Below, in pieces: positions 55,128 to 61,952 of a DNA stretch of 64,000 nt. The stretch is from a phage. Each line of letters opens with the position of its first letter. Within the stretch, counting starts at the first letter, position 1. A program made the position numbers and the translations under genes. The notes under the pieces were generated by a model. The model saw only the letters and a list, made by a program, of their open reading frames with translations, was not told where the DNA came from and made no database searches. The stretch lies in assembly GCA_014161675.1 (NCBI GenBank), contig GCA_014161675.1_4760.1. One strand, 5' to 3'.

Positions 55128-55307
55128 TTAGAACATTTTTGAAATTAATTCTGCTTTGATTTCGCAGAGAACATCTAAAGATTTCTCGTCACCCGCTTTT
55201 GCTGCTTCTGCTTGCATTTTTGAAATGGCTTCAATGTCAGTGCAATTATAAGCCGCTTGAACTTTAGCGATTGCGATGATTGCCGATTCGATGGTTAAGT
55301 GTTTCAT
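55128..55307 (-). CDS. Hypothetical small protein (59 aa)
   Basis: ATG preceded by AGGAGAATCAAAC; below ORF-track cutoff. Confidence 0.45.
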   Translation of the reverse strand: MKHLTIESAIIAIAKVQAAYNCTDIEAISKMQAEAAKAGDEKSLDVLCEIKAELISKMF

Positions 55308-55339
55308 GTTTGATTCTCCTTTCGTTTCGGTATGTGTGT

Positions 55340-55368
55340 AGTATAGGGGATCACCGATCCCCTGTCAA
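55340..55368 (-). promoter_or_regulatory. Sigma70-type promoter cassette with palindromic spacer (minus strand)
   Basis: Minus-strand TTGACA-GGGGATCGGTGATCCCC-TATACT. Confidence 0.65.
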
Positions 55369-55376
55369 CAACTTTT

Positions 55377-55895
55377 TTAGTTATTTTTTAATTGCTCATC
55401 TTGCAATAGGGCAATCACATGCTGGCGATGTTCTTCCGATTGAGGCACACCGAAAAAGTTTGTTTTGTAGAAATACTCTAATCGGTCTTCTCGTGTGCTC
55501 TCTTCCATCATGATCGCGGGTAGTCCGAGATTTCGGAAACGTCGCTTTTCTGCTGGCGTAAAATCACTGTAATACAACATAGAATCATCATTACCAGCAA
55601 TGCTAAACTCATCCTTCATAAAGGAGAATATTGCGTTTAAACGCTGTTTACCGTCCACGATTTCGATCTCATAGCGAGAGCCATCATCAATCTTAGCCAT
55701 TGCGATAGCACCAACCGGAAAATCATTAATCAGGTTTTCGATAAACATACGTTTGTTTTCTGTGTCCCATACTAAAGGACGCTGATAATCTGGGTTCATG
55801 TTGATATAGCCATCTTCTAACCACGCCTCATAAACAGAGATTACAAAGTTTTTAGTATTGGTATAGTAACGGCGTTTAGGTGTTAAACGGTTCAT
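55377..55895 (-). CDS. DUF262/ParB-like (GmrSD N-terminal-type) domain protein
   Basis: DYQRPLVWD ... FPVGAIAM ... DGKQRL match the DUF262 signatures ((D/E)YQR..VW and DGQQR); start placed at MNRLTPKRR (RBS AGGAGA) rather than ORF-track start 55931. Confidence 0.55.
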   Translation of the reverse strand: MNRLTPKRRYYTNTKNFVISVYEAWLEDGYINMNPDYQRPLVWDTENKRMFIENLINDFPVGAIAMAKIDDGSRYEIEIVDGKQRLNAIFSFMKDEFSIAGNDDSMLYYSDFTPAEKRRFRNLGLPAIMMEESTREDRLEYFYKTNFFGVPQSEEHRQHVIALLQDEQLKNN

Positions 55896-55896
55896 G

Positions 55897-56229
55897 TTAT
55901 AGTCTCCTGAATGGATCATCACGTAAATCAATATCTTTTAAGAACTCATCCCATGAATGGCGGATATTGTTCTTAATTCTCCAGATAAGAGCAGGGATTG
56001 AACGCTCTCCCATCTGGAAGTATGGATCATATGATCCGTATGCCCAATATGCTACTACAATTCCACAATCAGCGCAATAGTATTCTATTTCACTTGCTGG
56101 CGACCAAAGTCCATCAATATGATCGGTGATCTTGCTTTCGATGTTATGGCTATGACAATCAGGGCAACGGATGCAATGACCTTGTTTATCGTAATTTGAC
56201 GTTAGCGAATACTTAAACAATCTCATCAT
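55897..56229 (-). CDS. Zinc-ribbon protein
   Basis: 110 aa with CIRCPDC ... CADC (two CxxC pairs); start overlaps upstream gene stop. Confidence 0.5.
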   Translation of the reverse strand: MMRLFKYSLTSNYDKQGHCIRCPDCHSHNIESKITDHIDGLWSPASEIEYYCADCGIVVAYWAYGSYDPYFQMGERSIPALIWRIKNNIRHSWDEFLKDIDLRDDPFRRL

Positions 56230-56942
56230 AGATCCTTATTTGCTTCAAATACTGCCTTTGCGAATCCTCGCGGGGTAAGTGACCTGATAGTCTTTGTTTT
56301 CGTTCCTTTCCCGCCTAGCTTAGAATGCTGTTTACTGTACCCTTTATTAATCTGCAACGGTTTCTTTTCTGGCATTATAAAGCCTTGTCCGGTCCATAAG
56401 CAAGTCTTTTTCGGGTACATATCACGGGCGGCGATATACTCAGGAAAAGTAGGATGTTTATCATCTTCCGGCAAATAACCGCCATATTCCCACGGGTGGA
56501 ACATGTAATCAGGCTTACGCCACATGCTAGAGATAACGCTTACAGGATTCTCTATCATGTAGGGAACTCCTAGCCATTCACCCAAATAAGCGGTTATTTT
56601 AGCTGCCCTTACATCATGAACTTGAATCAATGGTCCTTGTTCTCGTTTCTTTCGTTCAAAGTGTGCAGCGCCACTAACAGCTAAATTGGTGCACGGTGGG
56701 AATGCAAAGATAATATCCGGTTTCCCCCATTCAAGGTCCATTGCTCTTTCCAGCCAATTCAAATCAATCCAGGTGTTTACATAGGTAATGTTTGGATGTT
56801 CAAATCTGGTATTATACTTTTTGTATGTGCCGTGGTCGCCATCATCAGCATTAAAGCAGATCACCTTATGACCTGCTTTAGCCCATTCTAGCCCCATTAT
56901 CCCCGATCCGTCAAAGTTACAGAATATTAATTTTTGTTTCAT
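56226..56942 (-). CDS. Compact C5-cytosine methyltransferase-like protein
   Basis: Motif I-like FCNFDGSGIMG, motif IV-like FPPC(T), motif VI-like MIENP, C-terminal RSLTPRGFAKA resembling motif IX; only 238 aa with almost no target-recognition region. Confidence 0.5.
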   Translation of the reverse strand: MKQKLIFCNFDGSGIMGLEWAKAGHKVICFNADDGDHGTYKKYNTRFEHPNITYVNTWIDLNWLERAMDLEWGKPDIIFAFPPCTNLAVSGAAHFERKKREQGPLIQVHDVRAAKITAYLGEWLGVPYMIENPVSVISSMWRKPDYMFHPWEYGGYLPEDDKHPTFPEYIAARDMYPKKTCLWTGQGFIMPEKKPLQINKGYSKQHSKLGGKGTKTKTIRSLTPRGFAKAVFEANKDL

Positions 56943-57184
56943 ATACGCCCCTTTAATCCAACACAGATTTTAGAAGGTTCTTTGCCGTGCCACATTAAGT
57001 AAAGTCCGTTAATGCGGCCTTGTTTTGTATATGATTCTTTTCTGATCTTCTTATAGTGTCGTGTTTCCTCAACTGATTGTTTAGAATACCAATCATAAAG
57101 GAAGAGGCACAAAGGCCAACCATTAGCGGCCTTAATGCAGTTATTAAGAAATTCCTTATTGCGTTTAATTAATTTTCTTTTCAC
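56939..57184 (-). CDS. Hypothetical small basic protein
   Basis: 81 aa, start/stop overlap with neighbours (operon). Confidence 0.45.
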   Translation of the reverse strand: MKRKLIKRNKEFLNNCIKAANGWPLCLFLYDWYSKQSVEETRHYKKIRKESYTKQGRINGLYLMWHGKEPSKICVGLKGRI

Positions 57185-57432
57185 GCTGCCCCCATTGGTT
57201 TGATAGTAACAGAATCTAAAAGACCTTTGTTAGCCAGTTCGCGGCAAGTTTTCAGATCCGCAACTTCCCAGCCAGCCGCAATCAGGTTATCAATCAGGCT
57301 GTTAGCAACTTCTTCGCTCATGAAAGAGCACTGTTTGCCGATGGTGTAGCGTACACGCTGTAATTTCAGTTTACGGAAGCCTTTAACGTTCAGGTCTTTA
57401 GCGATTTTCTTTGCGGTTTCGATGTTAGCCAT
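57181..57432 (-). CDS. Hypothetical small protein (first gene of 5-gene operon)
   Basis: 83 aa, promoter cassette immediately upstream. Confidence 0.5.
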   Translation of the reverse strand: MANIETAKKIAKDLNVKGFRKLKLQRVRYTIGKQCSFMSEEVANSLIDNLIAAGWEVADLKTCRELANKGLLDSVTIKPMGAA

Positions 57433-57472
57433 TGTTTGATTCTCCTAAGTGGTATCTCGTCTTGATGGTTGT

Positions 57473-57501
57473 ATTGTAGGGGAGTTATCCTCCCCTGTCA
57501 A
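57473..57501 (-). promoter_or_regulatory. Sigma70-type promoter cassette with palindromic spacer (minus strand)
   Basis: Minus-strand TTGACA-GGGGAGGATAACTCCCC-TACAAT then AGGAGAATCAAACAATG. Confidence 0.6.
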
Positions 57502-57515
57502 CACTTTTTATAAAA

Positions 57516-57683
57516 TTATTTGTTAATTTCTGGTGCGTTGCTAGGATAGTAACCTTCTTTAACTCCGAGGTATTTCGCAACCATCCCTACAATCTTCTGT
57601 GCTACTACAATGTCAAATTTCAGATAATCTTCGCCGTGGGTTTCAATGATATATGCTTCACATGCTGCTTTAGTCTCGAACAT
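57516..57683 (-). CDS. Hypothetical small protein (55 aa), paralog of 60774..60941
   Basis: MFETKAACEAYIIETHGEDYLKFDIVVAQKIVGMVAKYLGVKEGYYPSNAPEINK; ~85% DNA identity to the second copy. Confidence 0.5.
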   Translation of the reverse strand: MFETKAACEAYIIETHGEDYLKFDIVVAQKIVGMVAKYLGVKEGYYPSNAPEINK

Positions 57684-57716
57684 TTTGATTCTCCTATTTC
57701 GTTTCGGTATGTGTGT

Positions 57717-57745
57717 ATTATAGGGGATCTCCTGATCCCCGTCAA
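57717..57745 (-). promoter_or_regulatory. Sigma70-type promoter cassette (minus strand)
   Basis: Minus-strand TTGACG-17-TATAAT with palindromic GGGGATC...GATCCCC spacer. Confidence 0.6.
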
Positions 57746-57759
57746 CAACTTTTTTAAAA

Positions 57760-58041
57760 TTATTCGTGATTAGTTTCGATGTTGTGCATTTTGCACCAGT
57801 TCAGCCAATCACCCAGATCCTGATAGCTAATGCTTTTATCTGCTGCCATCGTTTTTGTCTTGATACCCATATGTGCGTTATGAGTAAGCATTTTTACAGT
57901 GAACTCAATTTTATCACCTTTAGCTTTAACATCAACCAGTTTGGTCCACTGGCTACCAGCGCCGCGAATGTTCATACCAACGATGTTTCCGATGTATGCT
58001 TCTTTGTTTTTCAGGATTTCGGTTGCTTTGATGAATTTCAT
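57760..58041 (-). CDS. Hypothetical small protein
   Basis: 93 aa ORF with own promoter cassette. Confidence 0.5.
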   Translation of the reverse strand: MKFIKATEILKNKEAYIGNIVGMNIRGAGSQWTKLVDVKAKGDKIEFTVKMLTHNAHMGIKTKTMAADKSISYQDLGDWLNWCKMHNIETNHE

Positions 58042-58074
58042 TTTTGATTCTCCAGTTCGTTTCGGTATGTGTGT

Positions 58075-58103
58075 ATTATGCTATGTTCTTACTTTGGTGT
58101 CAA
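58075..58103 (-). promoter_or_regulatory. Sigma70-type promoter cassette (minus strand)
   Basis: Minus-strand TTGACA-17-CATAAT. Confidence 0.55.
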
Positions 58104-58111
58104 CAACTTTT

Positions 58112-58381
58112 TTAGATATTTTCAGAAATAAATTTTAAAACTTGACGTAAATGTTTCTCATCTTTGATGGTAGCCGGAAGTTCTTCTTTTACTTCCTGTG
58201 CAAGATAGATATTTCCGTTCCAAGTGAAAGATCCGTCTTCGTTTACGCGATAGCTGAACATCCACTCGCAATCATTTTCGATTTCATATACACACAGAAG
58301 GGTGTAATCGTTAAAGCTATTGATTTCAAGGTCGAAGCCGTGACGTTTTGCAAAGTTGGTAGTGGTTTTAGTCAGTGTCAT
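58112..58381 (-). CDS. Hypothetical small protein
   Basis: 89 aa ORF with own promoter cassette. Confidence 0.5.
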   Translation of the reverse strand: MTLTKTTTNFAKRHGFDLEINSFNDYTLLCVYEIENDCEWMFSYRVNEDGSFTWNGNIYLAQEVKEELPATIKDEKHLRQVLKFISENI

Positions 58382-58421
58382 TGTTTGATTCTCCTAAGTG
58401 GTATCTCGTTTCGATGTGTGT

Positions 58422-58450
58422 ATTATGCTATAGGCCGGATCTGGTGTCAA
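58422..58450 (-). promoter_or_regulatory. Sigma70-type promoter cassette (minus strand)
   Basis: Minus-strand TTGACA-17-CATAAT. Confidence 0.55.
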
Positions 58451-58467
58451 CAACTTTTTTAAAAATT

Positions 58468-58492
58468 TGGGCAATAAAAAGCCGACACTAAG
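58468..58492 (-). terminator. Rho-independent terminator (minus strand) after ORF 58507..58815
   Basis: Minus-strand AGCCGACC-uuag-UGUCGGCU followed by UUUUAUUG. Confidence 0.55.
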
Positions 58493-58506
58493 GTCGGCTA
58501 ATAAAA

Positions 58507-58815
58507 TCATTTAGACAAATAATCATTCTGTGCAATCCGGTCAGCATGTTCCGGCGTTACGTCAATCGCAATCACTTTAACGCGTGCTTTCTTGCGACCT
58601 GGGTTTTCTCGTAACCAGTGCTCATGACCGTGAACATTTTTATACTGCGATGCTTCTTCGAAGGTACGGATCGGACCTGGGTAATCAGCGTAAAGGATCT
58701 CTAGATCTTCGGTGATGTAAAAATATACATCGTAATTGCTGTTCTCTAGCTTAAGCAGAGACTTTCGGAACATTGGGAGATTTTCGCGGGTAAATTCAAA
58801 GATATTATCTTTCAT
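58507..58815 (-). CDS. HxHW-family small protein, paralog A1
   Basis: 102 aa; YFYITEDLEI ... HGHEHW ... VIAIDV shared with five paralogs. Confidence 0.55.
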   Translation of the reverse strand: MKDNIFEFTRENLPMFRKSLLKLENSNYDVYFYITEDLEILYADYPGPIRTFEEASQYKNVHGHEHWLRENPGRKKARVKVIAIDVTPEHADRIAQNDYLSK

Positions 58816-58839
58816 AGTATTATCCTCAATAGTTGGATG

Positions 58840-58860
58840 AAAAGGGGGCTTAACGCCCCC
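58840..58860 (-). terminator. Rho-independent terminator (minus strand) after ORF 58866..59153
   Basis: Minus-strand GGGGGCG-uuaag-CCCCC followed by UUUUCA. Confidence 0.55.
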
Positions 58861-58865
58861 ATATA

Positions 58866-59153
58866 TTAAAACAGCCCTTCCTGTACACCGTAGTAGAGTT
58901 CGTCACTGATAATTTCATTAATGCGACGGTGTGCATATTCCTGATTTGCGAAGTTGTCAGCAAGTTCTACTTTAGTTTCGCCGTCATGAGTCCATTTAGT
59001 GATAACTTTACCATCTGCAAATTTGAAGTTGAACTCTTTAGCTACTGCATCGCGTACCAGACGTGCGAACTTGTTGTTACGGATTGCATTGTCTGTTTCG
59101 TTTGCAGCGTGAGCAAATTTGTTAACTTTCAGAGTGATAGTAATGTATGCCAT
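58866..59153 (-). CDS. Hypothetical small protein
   Basis: 95 aa ORF with own promoter cassette. Confidence 0.5.
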   Translation of the reverse strand: MAYITITLKVNKFAHAANETDNAIRNNKFARLVRDAVAKEFNFKFADGKVITKWTHDGETKVELADNFANQEYAHRRINEIISDELYYGVQEGLF

Positions 59154-59199
59154 AATTTGATTCTCCTAGTTAGAAAGTGTATATCGTTTCGATGGGGAT

Positions 59200-59228
59200 A
59201 TTATGCTATATCCCCGATCCGGTGTCAA
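59200..59228 (-). promoter_or_regulatory. Sigma70-type promoter cassette (minus strand)
   Basis: Minus-strand TTGACA-17-CATAAT with CCGGATCGGGGA...TCCCC palindromic spacer. Confidence 0.55.
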
Positions 59229-59234
59229 CACTTT

Positions 59235-59528
59235 TTATAAAATAATTTTTTGATATTTTTCTATGATGTTCGTGTAAGTCACATCAACCGCTAGCACCGT
59301 TGCTTCGAATCCACCGTTTAGCCAATGGCTATGATCATGATCGTGAAAGAAACCTAGACCAGTACGAAGACCTTCTTTATATTCTGCGCGTACATTCAGT
59401 TTGTCGTCGATAAACAGATAAAACCATGAATTTTTACTAGGATTGATGATACAACCTTTCAGATTAGGGAGAATATCACGACTAAGAATAAACTTATCAC
59501 CTACTTTGAACATAATATTAGTCCTCAC
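59235..59528 (-). CDS. HxHW-family small protein, paralog A2
   Basis: FYLFIDDKLNV ... HDHDHSHW ... VLAVDV. Confidence 0.55.
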   Translation of the reverse strand: MRTNIMFKVGDKFILSRDILPNLKGCIINPSKNSWFYLFIDDKLNVRAEYKEGLRTGLGFFHDHDHSHWLNGGFEATVLAVDVTYTNIIEKYQKIIL

Positions 59529-59838
59529 TTATAAGGTCAAACCAATTGTTTTTCGCATAATGCTTAATGCGTGCTTGATCTGCTTCCGCTGGTGATAGAT
59601 TCCATGCAACCACTACAACTTCTGACGCATCGTCATCCGTTTCTGATACCCAATGATTGTGATTCATACAGTTATTTGCTATCGAGTGAGCAAATGATTT
59701 CATCACTGGAGACGTATAATCATAGTAACGGATTTTCAGATTTTCATCAACGTACAAATAGATCGTATAAGGTTTATATTCAGTAACCAGTAACAGACAG
59801 TTACGCAATTCTGGGAAAATATTTTTAGTTAATTTCAT
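59518..59838 (-). CDS. HxHW-family small protein, paralog A3
   Basis: IYLYVDENLKI ... NHNHW ... VVVVAWNL. Confidence 0.5.
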   Translation of the reverse strand: MKLTKNIFPELRNCLLLVTEYKPYTIYLYVDENLKIRYYDYTSPVMKSFAHSIANNCMNHNHWVSETDDDASEVVVVAWNLSPAEADQARIKHYAKNNWFDLISED

Positions 59839-60052
59839 ATTCTAGTTCTCCGTAATACACGGTAATCCATTTTTCTTCATACTTTGTATCTTTCCAACAC
59901 ACAATCCCGTTTACTGTGCAATCTTTGGAATTGACGAATGATTCATATTGTTCTGCATCTTCCATCATTGCATGAGCGGTCTTTTCATCGAATATATCGC
60001 AGATCGCTTTATATGCTCGATAATCTTTAAATTTGCTCATAATTAAGACCAC
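59825..60052 (-). CDS. Hypothetical small protein, paralog B1
   Basis: MSKFKDYRAYKAI...MMEDAEQ...GIVCWK shared with B2. Confidence 0.5.
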   Translation of the reverse strand: MVLIMSKFKDYRAYKAICDIFDEKTAHAMMEDAEQYESFVNSKDCTVNGIVCWKDTKYEEKWITVYYGELEYEIN

Positions 60053-60258
60053 TCAAGAGTTTTTGAAAACACATCTATCCATTGTTGAGTATATGCGGTT
60101 TCTTTCCATGATACAATACCAGTCGAATAATGGTTTTTGTTTCCAGAAAAGGACGGGCATTTTGAGGCATCTTCCATCATCTTTTCGGCGAACTCTGGTG
60201 CGTATACTCGCAGGATCTGTTGATATGCTTTGTATTCTTTAAATTTGCTCATAATCAT
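60043..60258 (-). CDS. Hypothetical small protein, paralog B2 (tandem duplicate of B1)
   Basis: MSKFKEYKAYQQI...MMEDASK...GIVSWK. Confidence 0.5.
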   Translation of the reverse strand: MIMSKFKEYKAYQQILRVYAPEFAEKMMEDASKCPSFSGNKNHYSTGIVSWKETAYTQQWIDVFSKTLEWS

Positions 60259-60517
60259 TCACTACCTTATCAGCTTCTTTTGTTGTTTTTACATCAACTG
60301 CGATAACTCGTAAAGGTTCGTCATGGTTCCACCAGTGGTCATGAATATCAGCTTGTGATTTATCACCAAAGGAATCACGAATATCATTTTTACATTTATA
60401 GCTAATGTGACCTTCATAGTCAACATAAAGGTAATTATCGAAAATCGGCGTTTTTAAGATCATACCGAAAAATCTTTCTTTGTGTGTCTTATCCAGCGTT
60501 GCAGTAATTCGCATCAT
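60239..60517 (-). CDS. HxHW-family small protein, paralog A4
   Basis: YLYVDYEGHI ... IHDHW ... VIAVDV. Confidence 0.55.
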   Translation of the reverse strand: MMRITATLDKTHKERFFGMILKTPIFDNYLYVDYEGHISYKCKNDIRDSFGDKSQADIHDHWWNHDEPLRVIAVDVKTTKEADKVVNDYEQI

Positions 60518-60529
60518 AATATATTCCTC

Positions 60530-60709
60530 TTAGAAAGGGATGGTCATTTCTTGAGCTTGTACGTTCTCGTTAGGATTAAACTTCATCCAGCCGATATTGT
60601 CTACCAGCATATGCACATTTTTATCATATCCTACGTGGGTAGTCAATACTGTATGTGCTTTACCTTCAATGATGAGTTCCATGTACTTCTGAACTTCGAT
60701 AGCTTTCAT
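60530..60709 (-). CDS. Hypothetical small protein (59 aa)
   Basis: ATG preceded by AGGAGAATCAAA and a promoter cassette; below ORF-track cutoff. Confidence 0.4.
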   Translation of the reverse strand: MKAIEVQKYMELIIEGKAHTVLTTHVGYDKNVHMLVDNIGWMKFNPNENVQAQEMTIPF

Positions 60710-60741
60710 TTTGATTCTCCGTTTGTTGTCTTGATGGGAGT

Positions 60742-60770
60742 ATCTTACTACTCCCTTTAATCATTGTCAA
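60742..60770 (-). promoter_or_regulatory. Sigma70-type promoter cassette (weaker -10)
   Basis: Minus-strand TTGACA-17-TAAGAT with GGGAG...CTCCC palindromic spacer. Confidence 0.45.
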
Positions 60771-60773
60771 CTA

Positions 60774-60941
60774 TTATTTGTTAATTTCTGGTGCGTTGCT
60801 CGGATAGTAACCTTCTTTAACACCCAGATATTTTGCGACCATTCCGGTGATCTTCTGTGCTACTACGATATCGAATTTCAGGTAATCTTCACCGTGGTTT
60901 GCTACAATGTATGCTTCGCATTCTGCTTTAGTCTGGAACAT
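60774..60941 (-). CDS. Hypothetical small protein (55 aa), paralog of 57516..57683
   Basis: MFQTKAECEAYIVANHGEDYLKFDIVVAQKITGMVAKYLGVKEGYYPSNAPEINK; start taken at internal Met supported by RBS and by the paralog. Confidence 0.5.
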   Translation of the reverse strand: MFQTKAECEAYIVANHGEDYLKFDIVVAQKITGMVAKYLGVKEGYYPSNAPEINK

Positions 60942-60974
60942 TTTTATTCTCCCATATCTCGTTGGTATGTGTGC

Positions 60975-61003
60975 ATTATAGGGGATCACCGATCCCCTGT
61001 CAA
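60975..61003 (-). promoter_or_regulatory. Sigma70-type promoter cassette with palindromic spacer
   Basis: Minus-strand TTGACA-GGGGATCGGTGATCCCC-TATAAT. Confidence 0.65.
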
Positions 61004-61008
61004 CAACT

Positions 61009-61302
61009 TTATAATGCTTTATATGCGTATTTCATAAATTTGTCTGCCACTTCATTGGCATGTTCAGATTCTACGCCTGATTCGAGAACAATAGCTAGGT
61101 CGGTTTCGTCATTCCCGCCGTACCAATGATTTGATGTTCGATTTTTTTCAATTGGAAATTGGTCACTTTTATCTGTGCGACAAAATACATCTAAATGCTC
61201 GTCGATGTAAAAGATCCAATCTTCATAAAGAATAACGGTATTAGCCAGATTTTTATTGCCTTCAACGAAAGGTTCGGCTACAAACAAATTAGTATGTTCC
61301 AT
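61009..61302 (-). CDS. HxHW-family small protein, paralog A5 (divergent)
   Basis: WIFYIDEHLDV ... SNHW ... AIVLES. Confidence 0.45.
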   Translation of the reverse strand: MEHTNLFVAEPFVEGNKNLANTVILYEDWIFYIDEHLDVFCRTDKSDQFPIEKNRTSNHWYGGNDETDLAIVLESGVESEHANEVADKFMKYAYKAL

Positions 61303-61359
61303 AGTATTTTCCTCAATTTGTGGGAGAGTATTGCCCCTCCCGATGTCTGTTATATTACA

Positions 61360-61680
61360 TTACACAAAATGGCGTTTCAATGCTTCTTTTGCGGTTCCGC
61401 TAAGACTTTCGATCTCGCCTGGCATAACATCAACTGCCAGAACTTCTACAACATCCTCTGACCCCAACCAGTGAGTATGACCTTTGTAGAACTTGATAAC
61501 CAGACTACCTTCCTCATCCCATTTAACGCTATCGCTAGCCCACCACACATCACCGTCGATAAAGTTGATGTAAAGCACACTACGCCACATTGAATTAATT
61601 ACTTTCAATACTGCGCCTTTCATATCTTCCACGGTGTGGTCTTCCATTTTGAAGACCTCGCCTACCTGAACTTTTGCCAT
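61360..61680 (-). CDS. HxHW-family small protein, paralog A6
   Basis: LYINFIDGDV ... GHTHW ... VLAVDV. Confidence 0.55.
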   Translation of the reverse strand: MAKVQVGEVFKMEDHTVEDMKGAVLKVINSMWRSVLYINFIDGDVWWASDSVKWDEEGSLVIKFYKGHTHWLGSEDVVEVLAVDVMPGEIESLSGTAKEALKRHFV

Positions 61681-61697
61681 TTAGTCACCTCTCTTTA

Positions 61698-61877
61698 TTA
61701 CATAACAATCACGCCAGCCGTTGAAAGTTGATGTTTCAACTGAGCATTTTCTGCTACTGTCAAATCAATGATTTCTTGTGACGCTGCAATCATATAGCCA
61801 TTGGTGATATTGTTTTGCATCAGTTCAATGGTTTCTTCGTTGTAGCGGATTTTAGCGATGATTTCGTTGAAGTTCAT
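61698..61877 (-). CDS. Hypothetical small protein (59 aa)
   Basis: ATG preceded by AGGAGAATCAAAC and promoter cassette; below ORF-track cutoff. Confidence 0.4.
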   Translation of the reverse strand: MNFNEIIAKIRYNEETIELMQNNITNGYMIAASQEIIDLTVAENAQLKHQLSTAGVIVM

Positions 61878-61911
61878 GTTTGATTCTCCTAGTTCGTTTC
61901 GGTATGTGTGT

Positions 61912-61940
61912 AGTATAGGGGATCACCGATCCCCTGTCAA
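61912..61940 (-). promoter_or_regulatory. Sigma70-type promoter cassette with palindromic spacer
   Basis: Minus-strand TTGACA-GGGGATCGGTGATCCCC-TATACT; identical to the cassette at 55340..55368. Confidence 0.65.
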
Positions 61941-61952
61941 CAACTTTTTGAA

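Noticed and set aside
55897-55931. ORF-track start of the DUF262-like gene at 55931
   Set aside because: The internal ATG at 55893-55895 is preceded by AGGAGA at optimal spacing and avoids overlap with the upstream gene; the extra 12 residues are not supported.
55057-61952. CRISPR-like array suggested by regularly recurring ~30-nt identical sequences
   Set aside because: The repeats are promoter cassettes (-35/-10 hexamers, RBS, ATG); the intervening spacers are 170-330 bp protein-coding ORFs of unequal length, and no cas genes are present.
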